A stretch of DNA of 60,117 bases from Bacilli bacterium (GTDB lineage Bacteria; Bacillota_I; Bacilli_A; RF39; UBA660). How positions within the stretch are numbered: the first letter of the stretch is position 1; every line of letters begins with the position of its first letter. This document shows, in pieces, positions 29,466 to 39,698 of the stretch. A program made the position numbers and the translations under genes. Location of the stretch: the NCBI GenBank assembly GCA_017432645.1, contig JAFRIU010000032.1, positions 1 to 60,117 on the forward strand, written 5' to 3'. Under the pieces are notes generated by a model. The model was not told the DNA's origin. It ran no database searches and worked only from the letters and a program-made list of their open reading frames with translations.

Positions 29466-30863
29466 TTATTCATCTTTTATCTTTACATAGAATGCTGTGG
29501 AACTTGTTTTAACATTCAATTGCTGTGCTTCGATTCCTTCTGTGCCATGGTCTACTAGTATCCAAACAATGTTCCATTCTTCTGAATTTAACTCTTGGGT
29601 GTTATCTTGACCACCTACTATTTTTTTCATTGGCTTTAAAACTAATGTATAGATATCTTCTTCTTTTATTGTTCCAGAAGACCTTGCGATGATCTCATCT
29701 ATTTTATCTGTACTAATTCCTACTTTTGTTGTGCCCTCTTTTCCTGTATATTGTTCGTAAGTTCCCGATACATAATTATTATTTAAGTCCTTATATGATT
29801 CATATAAAGTAAACTCATTGTTTTTTAGGCTCCAGTATGTTTCACTATCTTCTAGAATTCTCCATCCTCCTTCAATGGTTTTCTTTGTTCCTAACTCTCC
29901 TTGTCTTACACTTTCATAACGATTCCAATTGTTCATACTATTCAAATAAGAAGCCATCTCTTCGTCATATTTCGTACCAATATGGAGATTTTCTAAGAGT
30001 TTCATTACTTTTTTATCAGCTGATGCTTTATTACCTTTTACGTAGGTTGTAAAAGATAGGATGAGGTTATCACCTTCTGATACAATTAAATAGAATTTTC
30101 CATCGATTGTTCCTTTAGAAGAGCCGTAATCCATAGTAGCGTAGTATATACCATCTACTAATACTTTAAAACCGTCTGTTCCTTCTCCTAAATAGTCACT
30201 TTCTCCCCAATAGGAATAAAATTCATTATATAGTTGTTCTTTTCCTTCTATCTTTGAAAAATCTGCATCTGTTGTTTCATCTAATGGGCTTGATCCTAAT
30301 GGTAAAAATAGTATTTGATCTTTATATGATAGGATCTTGCCTTCTTCTCCATTTGTCTTCTGTTTTGTTGTTTCTTTCCATGGTGCTTTATATTTTATAG
30401 AATAAGTTTCGCCATAAAAAACTTTTTCTTCACCTTCTTGTGATCCTTCAAACGATAGGATGCCTGTTGCATAAAAAATAACCATGAAGATGATAAATAC
30501 CATGATTCCAACAGCTAAGCCAAATAATGTACTGTTAATCTTTTTTCTTTTCTTTGGCTCTTTGGAATAAGATGGAGTTGAAGTAGGACGGAAAGAAAAA
30601 TCTCTATCTTCTCTTACTGGCGAAAAATCAGTTACAGGATTCATTTCTGGTATTGGTTCTACTATATTTCTCTCTCCAACTTCTGGTATTGGCGTTATCG
30701 TATTACTTTCTTCCACTTCTGATGGAGATTCCATTGCAGTATCTTCTTTTTCTTCTGGTGAATCCATTATAAAATAATCACTATCTAATGGATGTACTTT
30801 TTTTTCATCATCTATATCTTCTAGTTCATCATCATACAAGATTTCCTTTTTATCTTCTTCCAT
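29466..30863 (-). CDS. Membrane-anchored hypothetical protein with acidic N-terminus and large extracellular region
   Basis: D/E/P-rich N-terminus, one TM, GGAGG RBS. Confidence 0.75.
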   Translation of the reverse strand: MEEDKKEILYDDELEDIDDEKKVHPLDSDYFIMDSPEEKEDTAMESPSEVEESNTITPIPEVGERNIVEPIPEMNPVTDFSPVREDRDFSFRPTSTPSYSKEPKKRKKINSTLFGLAVGIMVFIIFMVIFYATGILSFEGSQEGEEKVFYGETYSIKYKAPWKETTKQKTNGEEGKILSYKDQILFLPLGSSPLDETTDADFSKIEGKEQLYNEFYSYWGESDYLGEGTDGFKVLVDGIYYATMDYGSSKGTIDGKFYLIVSEGDNLILSFTTYVKGNKASADKKVMKLLENLHIGTKYDEEMASYLNSMNNWNRYESVRQGELGTKKTIEGGWRILEDSETYWSLKNNEFTLYESYKDLNNNYVSGTYEQYTGKEGTTKVGISTDKIDEIIARSSGTIKEEDIYTLVLKPMKKIVGGQDNTQELNSEEWNIVWILVDHGTEGIEAQQLNVKTSSTAFYVKIKDE

Positions 30864-30985
30864 GGTATCCTCCGTATTATGATTTTATTATAGATTATTG
30901 TACATATTTTTTCAAGAAAAGAAACAAAAAGACTATTAACAATTTGTTAATAGTCCTACTTCAAAAATCAATATTGATATTTGAA

Positions 30986-31711
30986 CTATACAGCAATATC
31001 GACACCGGCCATACCATCATATACTCCAATAGCATTGCCTGTGAATACAAACACACTACCATATCCAGCTGGTGAGAAATAATAATTCTTACTAACTGCT
31101 AAAGTTACGTTTTGAGTGGCATGTTGATAACTTCCATAAATATGTCCACCTGTCGTGGTCGTAATAATTTGATTTGCTACCAAATTAGTACCAGATGGTA
31201 ATAATACAGAGTTACCAATTCCATTATAAGCCGTTTTCTTATTATTGTAGTAATATGTTGTCGTTGAGTTGCTTACCGTTGCTTGAGCAGATGATAATAG
31301 ACTTACATTACTTAAATATGCACCTATTACATCATAACTTCTGATAGTTGGGTTGGCCAACCATTGTAGCACAATACTAACAACGCAATTAGATGAACAA
31401 GCTGCAGAAATTTTTAAACTTTTGTATGCTGTTGTATGGACCGTAGAGCGTTGAGAACACATCGTCTCAGTTATAGATGATGTAGTTAGTTCTCTATCTA
31501 AGAGATCTGAGTTGATAAAATCCTCATATTGTGCTTGTGTCATATTATCTACATAGCTATCCCAATAGAATGTCGTCAAAAAGTTATACTCTTCTTCAGA
31601 GAATTCTATACCATTTTTATTGGTATAATAACTTTTGGCGTAAGCCTTGTTTATATTTATCCCAAAGATAGCAATGGCAAGTAGTAATATGGCCATAACT
31701 CTTCTCTTCAT
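30986..31711 (-). CDS. Secreted hypothetical protein (Ser/Thr/Asn-rich)
   Basis: Signal peptide ending AYA; AAAGGAGG before ATG 31711. Confidence 0.78.
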   Translation of the reverse strand: MKRRVMAILLLAIAIFGININKAYAKSYYTNKNGIEFSEEEYNFLTTFYWDSYVDNMTQAQYEDFINSDLLDRELTTSSITETMCSQRSTVHTTAYKSLKISAACSSNCVVSIVLQWLANPTIRSYDVIGAYLSNVSLLSSAQATVSNSTTTYYYNNKKTAYNGIGNSVLLPSGTNLVANQIITTTTGGHIYGSYQHATQNVTLAVSKNYYFSPAGYGSVFVFTGNAIGVYDGMAGVDIAV

Positions 31712-31776
31712 TTGTTTACCTCCTTTCACATTCATTCTAAGTTGTGATATTTTTCTTTGGTAGAACTTATTAGGTT

Positions 31777-32823
31777 CTACTCAGAATCTTGAAGGTATTT
31801 CTCTATTAAATTCTTAATTTCTTTTTTACAATTCTTTTCATTTTGAATTTCCTGACAACTATAAATATGATTTTCCAAAAGAATCATACCTAAGATTTCA
31901 TCTTTTTGGCTGATGATTATTTGTTGTAGTTCTAAACTATAGGAAAATTTAATATCCTTTTCTTTAGTTTTATATATGTAATCAGTCCCTGATAGTTCTC
32001 CTTTTTCTTTTATAGTCTTTACTAAATCTTCTTCCATCAAATTTTCTTTACTACTATCATCATCTGTTGTTCCTGCAGGAGATTTTTTAATAAAAAAGTA
32101 AGATTTATTTGTAAAATCTCTTTCAAAGACAAGTGAAACTACTTCTTTTTTATCTTCATCATATGTTATTTCTATATAACTGTGTTGAAGAATATCTTTT
32201 ATATCTTTTTGAGGAAAGTTTTCTTCATATCCATATAAATCCATGATTGTTTTGTCTACTTCTTTATCTTCAAAAATAATTCTTTGCTTTGCATTCTTTT
32301 GATAATATACTTTTACATTTTTTATTTCTTGATTGGCAGAAGATATTACTTTACCTAGTTTCATATATGTTTTATATTTGGTTGAGATAAAGATTCCTTC
32401 ATTCAAAATAAATTTATCTCCTATTGCACCTACCGTATACACTTTTATTGTGTTATAAGTTGTGATGAAATAATAAATTAGAAAGAGAAAAATAAGAGTT
32501 GAAATCATGAGAATGGATGCTTTATGAATTCTTTTATTGAGTCTTGTTTTTTCATTATTCTCATCTACAATATCTAGAGTGATTTGCTCTAACTGTTTCA
32601 TTGTTTTTTGTTCTAGGTGTTCTCCTTTTAAAAGTTCATTAATAGATACCTCAAATATTTCACTTAATCGAATTAATGTAGAGGAATCTGGTATGGTCTG
32701 TGCTCTTTCCCATTTACTGACTGCCTGTCTACTAATTGGGATCATATCTGCTAATTGATATTGACTTAATCCTTTTTCTGTCCTTAATTGATAGATAAAT
32801 TTACCTATTCTCTCCGGATTCAT
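31777..32823 (-). CDS. XRE HTH-TM-extracellular domain one-component regulator
   Basis: LRTEKGLSQYQLAD...SRQAVSKWE...SINELLKGE, then TM and a C-terminal domain of about 200 aa. Confidence 0.85.
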   Translation of the reverse strand: MNPERIGKFIYQLRTEKGLSQYQLADMIPISRQAVSKWERAQTIPDSSTLIRLSEIFEVSINELLKGEHLEQKTMKQLEQITLDIVDENNEKTRLNKRIHKASILMISTLIFLFLIYYFITTYNTIKVYTVGAIGDKFILNEGIFISTKYKTYMKLGKVISSANQEIKNVKVYYQKNAKQRIIFEDKEVDKTIMDLYGYEENFPQKDIKDILQHSYIEITYDEDKKEVVSLVFERDFTNKSYFFIKKSPAGTTDDDSSKENLMEEDLVKTIKEKGELSGTDYIYKTKEKDIKFSYSLELQQIIISQKDEILGMILLENHIYSCQEIQNEKNCKKEIKNLIEKYLQDSE

Positions 32824-32917
32824 AGGCCTCACCTCAACTGAATTATAGCGAGTTCCTCTCTTTTCTAAAATCAACTCCTAGTTTACAAAAAAAAGACAAA
32901 TTCTTTGAAATTTGTCT

Positions 32918-34126
32918 TTATCTATTTGTCCAGCTTCCTGGGAAACTAATTAGGTTTCCTGGATTTAACAATCTTGTTTTATATGTATCATAGTTGCAGC
33001 CTCCATTTTTCCAGAAGCACGTTCCAATTTCTAAGTGTAAGTGTGGTCCGGTTGAACATCCAGAAGTTCCCATATAACCAATGATTGTGCTTTGGGAAAC
33101 GAACATTCCTTCATATATATCACCATAACTACGTAGGTGAACATAAGAAGAATAAATGAATCCTCCATTGTAATTGTGTTTTACGACTACAATTTTGGCA
33201 TTTCCGTTACAAGAATAGCCCATTCTACGACACCAGTTTGGGTAATCAGTAGTACAACTATCTGTATAAATCTTATGAATCATTCCTGATGCAATTGGAT
33301 AAACTGCAATAGATTTATCACTACTACTTAAGTCATATCCTAAGTGATCCCAGCTTTTTCCTCTTACCACATAACCATTAGAAATTGGTCTTTGGAAGAA
33401 TCCTACACTTGGAAGAGAAGATCCTGTTTCTCTTGCTACTCTATATTCACATTGTTGAATATCCTCACTGTCTCCACATCCTAAATTTTTGTAATATGTT
33501 ACACTCTCTTTTGCGGATTTAATCTGATCTTGTACAGATGGTAGAGTTTCTTTAATAGCAGCAGAGTCAATTTCAATACGAGCAATTTCACTTTCTAATG
33601 ACTTTCTTAATTTATTTAGTTCTTCTTCTTTTTTGACTAATTCTGCTTGCTTAATCTGGTTTTGCCTGATTAGCTCTTCTAACTCTTTCATGATTTTATC
33701 ATTGTATTCTGTTAGCTGTTCCACTACGGATAAACGATAAATCATATCTGTAATATCGGTTGCACCAAAAGCATATTCCAAATAAGCATTTTCTCCATTA
33801 GCGATTTGATAATAAGAGATGATACTTTTACTTTCTTCACTTTTTTTCTTGATTTCTTCTTCGCTTTTTTCGATTTCTTCTTGGAGTCTTTCGATTTCAT
33901 CCTCTGCTTCTTTAATCTGTGCTTCAATTCCTTGTATTTTTTTCGTGATAGCAGCGATTTCTTCATCGTTTCTAACTAGATTGGCTTGTTTTTCTTCTAG
34001 TTCTTTGGTATATCTTTCTACTTCTTCTTCAAATTGTTGAATAGTTTTTGCTTTTATATCTTTGGGTAGTGCAACATAAGATATCAGCAGCACAACCATT
34101 CCTAGGACAATCCATTTTTTCTTCAT
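32918..34126 (-). CDS. Coiled-coil plus M23 peptidase murein hydrolase (FtsEX partner)
   Basis: Signal peptide, long coiled coil, HLGYD and GCSTGPHLHLE; follows ftsX. Confidence 0.88.
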   Translation of the reverse strand: MKKKWIVLGMVVLLISYVALPKDIKAKTIQQFEEEVERYTKELEEKQANLVRNDEEIAAITKKIQGIEAQIKEAEDEIERLQEEIEKSEEEIKKKSEESKSIISYYQIANGENAYLEYAFGATDITDMIYRLSVVEQLTEYNDKIMKELEELIRQNQIKQAELVKKEEELNKLRKSLESEIARIEIDSAAIKETLPSVQDQIKSAKESVTYYKNLGCGDSEDIQQCEYRVARETGSSLPSVGFFQRPISNGYVVRGKSWDHLGYDLSSSDKSIAVYPIASGMIHKIYTDSCTTDYPNWCRRMGYSCNGNAKIVVVKHNYNGGFIYSSYVHLRSYGDIYEGMFVSQSTIIGYMGTSGCSTGPHLHLEIGTCFWKNGGCNYDTYKTRLLNPGNLISFPGSWTNR

Positions 34127-35025
34127 TATATCTTTAAGTATCTTCTTACGGCACTTGCACTACCAATCATGCCTACTAATATTCCAATTCCTAATACAAT
34201 TAAAGATGCTTGGTATATAAACGGTTCTGGAGTAATCAATTGAATTAGTTTCGAATATAAATGTCCATCAAAATGCTTATAAAATACTAAATATCCATAG
34301 GTAGTTAAAACTATTGGGATAATAGAACCCATTAATCCTAGAATCATTCCTTCAATGATAAAAGGTAGCTTAATGGTAATATTACTTGCTCCTACTAGTC
34401 TCATGATACCAATTTCTTTTCTTCTGGCTGAGATTGTTAGCTTAATAGTGTTGATAATTAAGAATACGGTTACCACAACTAGAGCTATTACTACTCCATA
34501 GGTTACTTTTTCAATAGAAGAAAAAGCTGTAACCATTTTATCTACCATTCCTTCTCCATATCGTACTACTGATACATTTTCTAGACTCTTAATCTCATCT
34601 GCTGTCGCTTTTATTTTTTCAATATCTTTTACTTTTACCTGAAAAGTATCCTTTAAAGGGCTTTCCTCATCTTCCCAGCTACTTAAAACTGTATTGAATA
34701 CTTCTGATTCTTTTTGCATTCTTTCTTTTACTTCTTTTTTTGTTTGAAAAGTATATTTTTCTACATTCTCAATAGCCTTAATATCAAATTCTACTTGCTC
34801 AATCTCTTTTTCTGTTGCATCACTATCTAGGAATACAACAATAGTCATATCTCTTTCAATGGCTGTCGTAAAATTCTCTACATTGAAGGATGCAATCAAA
34901 GCTATAGAAACAATAATCAAAGTAATGGTAATACACGAAATAGACGCTAATGACAAAGAAAAGTTTCGAATTACACTCTTGAAGGCATCGCGAATACTTC
35001 TTCCTAACATTCTAAATACTTTCAT
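34126..35025 (-). CDS. ftsX: Cell division permease FtsX
   Basis: LIINTIKLTISARRKEIGIMRLVGA, PFIIEG. Confidence 0.96.
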   Translation of the reverse strand: MKVFRMLGRSIRDAFKSVIRNFSLSLASISCITITLIIVSIALIASFNVENFTTAIERDMTIVVFLDSDATEKEIEQVEFDIKAIENVEKYTFQTKKEVKERMQKESEVFNTVLSSWEDEESPLKDTFQVKVKDIEKIKATADEIKSLENVSVVRYGEGMVDKMVTAFSSIEKVTYGVVIALVVVTVFLIINTIKLTISARRKEIGIMRLVGASNITIKLPFIIEGMILGLMGSIIPIVLTTYGYLVFYKHFDGHLYSKLIQLITPEPFIYQASLIVLGIGILVGMIGSASAVRRYLKI

Positions 35026-35711
35026 TCCGCATACGTTCCTTTCTGTTTAAATTTTACTAAGTGTCCATCTTTTAACGTAATTACTTGCTTCTTCATCTGG
35101 TCTACAATTTCTTTATCATGAGTTGCCATGATGATAGTTGTTCCTCTGTTCTCATTGATGCTTTCTAGGACTTTCATGATTTCCATACTCTTTTCTGGAT
35201 CTAGATTTCCTGTTGGTTCATCGCAAAGAAGCAATTTCGGATCGTTGACGATAGCTCTAGCAATAGCTACTCTTTGTTGTTCTCCACCTGATAAATTATC
35301 TGGGTATTCATGCACTTTATTCTTTAATCCTACATCTTCTAGTGCTTTTAAAACTTTTACACGAATAACATCTTTCTTTTCTCCAATGCACTCTAAAGCA
35401 AAGGCTACGTTTTCATATACAGTTAATTTTGGTAATAAACGATAGTCTTGGAACACAATTCCTAGTTTTCTTCTTAATTTATATACTTTATGATTCTTTA
35501 TTTTAGCAACGTCTAAGCCTCCAACAATAACTTGACCTTTTGTTGGCTTTTCTTCTCTATATAGCATTTTTATTAAGGTACTTTTTCCACTACCAGATCC
35601 CCCAATTACAAAGACAAAAGAACCCTTTTCAATCGCTAAGTTTAAATCATAGATGGCTGTTACCCCATTTTTATATTTCTTTTCAACATTTTTTATTCTG
35701 ATTAAATCCAT
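35022..35711 (-). CDS. ftsE: Cell division ATP-binding protein FtsE
   Basis: GSGKST, VFQDYRLL, LSGGEQQR, DEPTGNLDP. Confidence 0.96.
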   Translation of the reverse strand: MDLIRIKNVEKKYKNGVTAIYDLNLAIEKGSFVFVIGGSGSGKSTLIKMLYREEKPTKGQVIVGGLDVAKIKNHKVYKLRRKLGIVFQDYRLLPKLTVYENVAFALECIGEKKDVIRVKVLKALEDVGLKNKVHEYPDNLSGGEQQRVAIARAIVNDPKLLLCDEPTGNLDPEKSMEIMKVLESINENRGTTIIMATHDKEIVDQMKKQVITLKDGHLVKFKQKGTYAE

Positions 35712-35793
35712 CTATTTCCCCACCTTAGTTATACCATTATAACATATATTTTGACATAAGAAAAGAAGCTTCCCGTGGAAAGATTCTATTTTT

Positions 35794-36375
35794 TTAGATT
35801 TTCTTGAGTAAGAATTTTAAAATTGTGCTTTGAACAACTAGAAATAAAAGAGAATAGTAAATAGAATTCTTTTGAAAAATAAGAGATCCTATTATAAGAA
35901 TAATTAAATTGATCAAGAAACTGGTTTTCGCTATTGCGAGATGATACTTTTCATATAGGATTTGAGATAGAATGGGTAATCCTCCATTACTATATCTACT
36001 CTTGTACATCATAAAAGAGAGAATAGCACTGATTGTGCCTCCTAATATTACTATTATGAATTTCCAGGAGTTATTTATTTCTATTAAATTATTTAGTGGA
36101 GATGTTAGTTCTACTAAAAGCGGATAACTAAAAGAAAAGAAAGCACTACCTATCGTTCTTTCTTTTCCTAAAAATAAATAACTAATTCCTAATAAGATCA
36201 GACAAAGGAAGAAAAGACTAATGGAAGATTTTATTCCCGAGACGTAGTAAATAATTTCTGCAATACCATGAATTCCCCCCGTAATTAGTCTTAGGGGAAG
36301 GATTAAAACATTATATAATACTGCACTTAGAAATAAAGATACGCCCATTAAACAAAGTCTGTTTCCTTTTTTCAT
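35794..36375 (-). CDS. YitT-family membrane protein (short, no C-terminal soluble domain)
   Basis: TGGIHG and SNGG motifs, multi-TM; same position as B. subtilis yvjA. Confidence 0.8.
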   Translation of the reverse strand: MKKGNRLCLMGVSLFLSAVLYNVLILPLRLITGGIHGIAEIIYYVSGIKSSISLFFLCLILLGISYLFLGKERTIGSAFFSFSYPLLVELTSPLNNLIEINNSWKFIIVILGGTISAILSFMMYKSRYSNGGLPILSQILYEKYHLAIAKTSFLINLIILIIGSLIFQKNSIYYSLLFLVVQSTILKFLLKKI

Positions 36376-36406
36376 ATTTTGAGATTTTCTCCTCTAATAC
36401 TGCTTC

Positions 36407-37505
36407 TTATACTTCTTTTTTTAGATTTGCTTCAATAAATAGATCAATATCTCCATCTAATACTTTTTCTACATTACTTGTTTCCACATTCGTTCTATGG
36501 TCTTTTACCATGGAGTATGGATGGAGAATATAGCTTCTAATTTGCGAACCGAATTCATTACTTACTTGTTCTCCTTTTACTTCTTTTAGTGCTTGTTCTT
36601 GCTCTTGAATTTTCTTTAATAATAATTTGTTTTTTAATACTTTTAAAGCCTGCTCTTTATTTTGAATTTGACTTCTTTCGTTCTGGCAAGTGACTACTAT
36701 CTTAGTTGGTAAGTGTGTGATACGGACTGCAGAATCTGTAGTGTTCACTCCTTGTCCTCCTGCTCCTGTTGAACGATATACGTCTATTTTTAAATCTTTT
36801 TCATCAATTTCAATTTCATTATCTTGGTTCATTTCTGGAGTTACTTCAATAGAGGCAAAAGAAGTATGTCTTCTATTGTTAGCATCGAATGGAGATAATC
36901 GAATTAGTCTATGAACTCCTTTTTCATTTTTTAAATATCCATATGCATACAGACCCTTTACTAAAAGAGATGCACTTTTTAGACCAGCTTCTTCTCCATC
37001 TTGATAATCTAGTACTGTTACTTTATATTTATTTTTTTCGCACCATCTCATATACATACGATATAGCATACTAGCCCAATCACAAGACTCTGTTCCTCCT
37101 GCCCCTGGATGAATATCAATAATACAGTTATTCTTGTCATATGGTCCATTTAGTATCAGTAGTAAATGAAATTCTTCTATTTCCTTTTGAATTTTCCCTA
37201 TTGATCCTTGAATTTCTTCTTGAAAGCTTTCTTCTACTTCATTCTCTAGTAATTCAAGCATCTCTAAATCGTTCTTAATTTCTGCTTCCAAGTCTTCCAT
37301 CTTTTGAATTTGCTCTTTTAGGGAGTTTAGTTCTGCGATTGTTTCTTCTGCTTTTTCATGATTATTCCAAAAATCAAGAGATTTGGTTTCTTCTTCTAAC
37401 TTTTGGATTCTTTCTTCTTTCTTTGGTAAGTCAAAGTAACCTCCTGATTTCTTCAATTGAGGCAAGACTTTCTTCTAATTTTTGTTTACTTTCTTTTAAA
37501 TCCAT
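36407..37505 (-). CDS. prfB: Peptide chain release factor 2 with programmed +1 frameshift
   Basis: ATG at 37505 behind AAGGAG; ORF1 ends AGG AGG TTA CTT TGA C; SPF and GGQ motifs in ORF2. Confidence 0.97.
37430..37445 (-). other. prfB frameshift signal (internal SD AGGAGG plus CTT TGA C)
   Basis: Minus strand reads AGGAGG-TTA-CTTTGAC. Confidence 0.95.
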
Positions 37506-37657
37506 ATTCTTCTCCTTTTTAATTTGTGTTCTTTTTCTAAAAATATTCTTCTTTTGGTATCAATTTGTTTTTCTTACATATATTACTATTGAGGAAGGTT
37601 CACTGTATAATGTGAAGATCCTCTGTATATAGATTAAGGGGCAAAAACTTGCTCCTT

Positions 37658-38521
37658 TTATATTTTTTGAAAAATTAATATGATAGTAGAAACTAAGATT
37701 ATCCCTACACATATTTTTTCCTTTAGCGTTACTTTTTCCTTTAAATAAAATCTACTAATAAAATGAGTAATAGCCGCATATAAGGAACTGATTGGGGTTA
37801 CGATAGAAACATTTTCTGCACTTAGTGCGAAAGAGTCTATAACGTTTCCAGTAGGAGTGATACCGCATCCTTTTATAATATCTACTGTTGGTTTTTTTAA
37901 TTTAGTAGCGGTGGAAGATATAACAAATCCAAAGAATAAACTAACAACTCCATAGACAAGACCTTTGTAATAATACAAGTGATAAACTGTGTAATTTGCG
38001 TTATAAATAGTCTTTTCAAAGTAGATAGAGAATGCTGCGAGTAACATATAAAGAATAGAAAAAAGAATTCCTTTCTTTGGATGGGTTGCTGTTTCACCAA
38101 TTTCTGGATGAATGGCTAAGATGATGATTGATATACTAATTATCGTTACTAATGCTATTTCTAAGGGCGAAGTTTTCTCATGTAAAAGTAGAATACCTAA
38201 GATAATATCTACCATTGGATAAGCAGCCATGATAGGACTTACTATGGAAAGCTTCCCGTTGGTTACTGCCATATTGATCGATAGTGAAGCAAATAAGTCA
38301 CAAACAATGATAGGCAGTGTAGAAGAAAATACCGCTGGATTGAATGTTCCTATTAAATGGAATTGAAAGAATACTACCACTCCGATATAGATAACAGTCC
38401 TTACAAAAAAAGTATATAAATAAACATTAGCTCTATCATATTTTTTGGATACTTTGGAATAGTTTACTTCTCCGATAGACCAAATAATGGCTACTAAGAT
38501 GGCTAATAGAATTCCTGTCAC
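37658..38521 (-). CDS. EamA/DMT family transporter
   Basis: About ten TMs in two repeats; SIVSPI and SIVTPI, LHEK and LKEK motifs. Confidence 0.88.
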   Translation of the reverse strand: MTGILLAILVAIIWSIGEVNYSKVSKKYDRANVYLYTFFVRTVIYIGVVVFFQFHLIGTFNPAVFSSTLPIIVCDLFASLSINMAVTNGKLSIVSPIMAAYPMVDIILGILLLHEKTSPLEIALVTIISISIIILAIHPEIGETATHPKKGILFSILYMLLAAFSIYFEKTIYNANYTVYHLYYYKGLVYGVVSLFFGFVISSTATKLKKPTVDIIKGCGITPTGNVIDSFALSAENVSIVTPISSLYAAITHFISRFYLKEKVTLKEKICVGIILVSTIILIFQKI

Positions 38522-38564
38522 AATATCCCTCCTGTTAGTATTATTATATCTATAAAAGAGAAGA

Positions 38565-39698
38565 TTATCTAGTCTTCTCTTTTATTTTTCTTTTTTCTAT
38601 GTCTTCTTTAGAAATATAGATAACTTTACCACCTTTTGGATAAATTTTTTCTCCCATTACAATCCAAAGGACATACATTGCTTTTTTTGGCATATATGCT
38701 TTCCCATCGGTAAATAGGATCTTGTTTTCTACTCTTCTATCAAAAGCAGATAGAGCTATATTAAAATCTGTTCCTCCTCCACCGTGAATTGGCATTTCTT
38801 CTAAATCTTTTATGCTTCTAATTTTGTGAAATCCATAAAATTTTTGATCAAAACAGCCTATCTTTAAATTGGTAAGAGCAACTAGATTTCTACATTCCAT
38901 TAAAAACGTTCTTAATTGATCTTCTCGAATCGATCCACTTGTATCTAGTAATACCTCAGCTTCTGGATAAGAAATTTCCTGTAGTTGTGGAGTAACGATT
39001 CCATTTTCAATCATTGCATTTTGATAAGACCAATCCAAGTCTTTTTTCATACTGTCTCTTAAAAAGGTGTGCCAGTTAATGAGAATTTGCTTTTCTCTTA
39101 TTTCTGGGAAAGGTCTACTGTTGTCTAATAGATTTTTTTCTTCTTGAAGGAAGTCTTCTTTTATCCTTTTTATTTGTTCCTGTCGTTTTCTTTGAATTCC
39201 ATGAAAAATTCTTTTTTCAATATCTTTCATCTCTGGATATGGTGTTTTTGTATCTTTTTTTAAAACTTCTTCCCACATTTCATGACTATCATGACCCGTC
39301 TCTTGCCTTCCTTCTCGTAGTAATTTTTCATATAATTCTTCGGCATCATAGTCTAGTGCATCAGGAATGTTGACTGCTCCTTCGATTGGAGTTAATCCGT
39401 CTTTTCTTAGAAATTGATTAATGATGGCATCCGTTGCAGTATTCCATACTTTTTGATTCTTTCCTCTTAATCTTAGAATATGACAAAAGGCAATATGACA
39501 TACTTCATGAGCAAGGATAAATTGCTGATTTGCTAGTGGAAGAGTTTCTAAATAGGCTGCATTATAATAAATTGTTTTTCCATCGGTTGCGGATGTTTTT
39601 ACTGCGTTTGTTTCTTTATATGTTGTATTTAAAATGATACTAGCAAAGATGGGATATTTTATTAATACTTGCCTTTTTACATCCTCAATACTAAACAT
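38565..39698 (-). CDS. HEXXH metallopeptidase-like domain plus VWA domain (DUF2201-like)
   Basis: SATDG, ILAHEVCHIAFCH, WNTATDAIIN, DTSGS MIDAS, GGGGTDF, LFTDG. Confidence 0.88.
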   Translation of the reverse strand: MFSIEDVKRQVLIKYPIFASIILNTTYKETNAVKTSATDGKTIYYNAAYLETLPLANQQFILAHEVCHIAFCHILRLRGKNQKVWNTATDAIINQFLRKDGLTPIEGAVNIPDALDYDAEELYEKLLREGRQETGHDSHEMWEEVLKKDTKTPYPEMKDIEKRIFHGIQRKRQEQIKRIKEDFLQEEKNLLDNSRPFPEIREKQILINWHTFLRDSMKKDLDWSYQNAMIENGIVTPQLQEISYPEAEVLLDTSGSIREDQLRTFLMECRNLVALTNLKIGCFDQKFYGFHKIRSIKDLEEMPIHGGGGTDFNIALSAFDRRVENKILFTDGKAYMPKKAMYVLWIVMGEKIYPKGGKVIYISKEDIEKRKIKEKTR

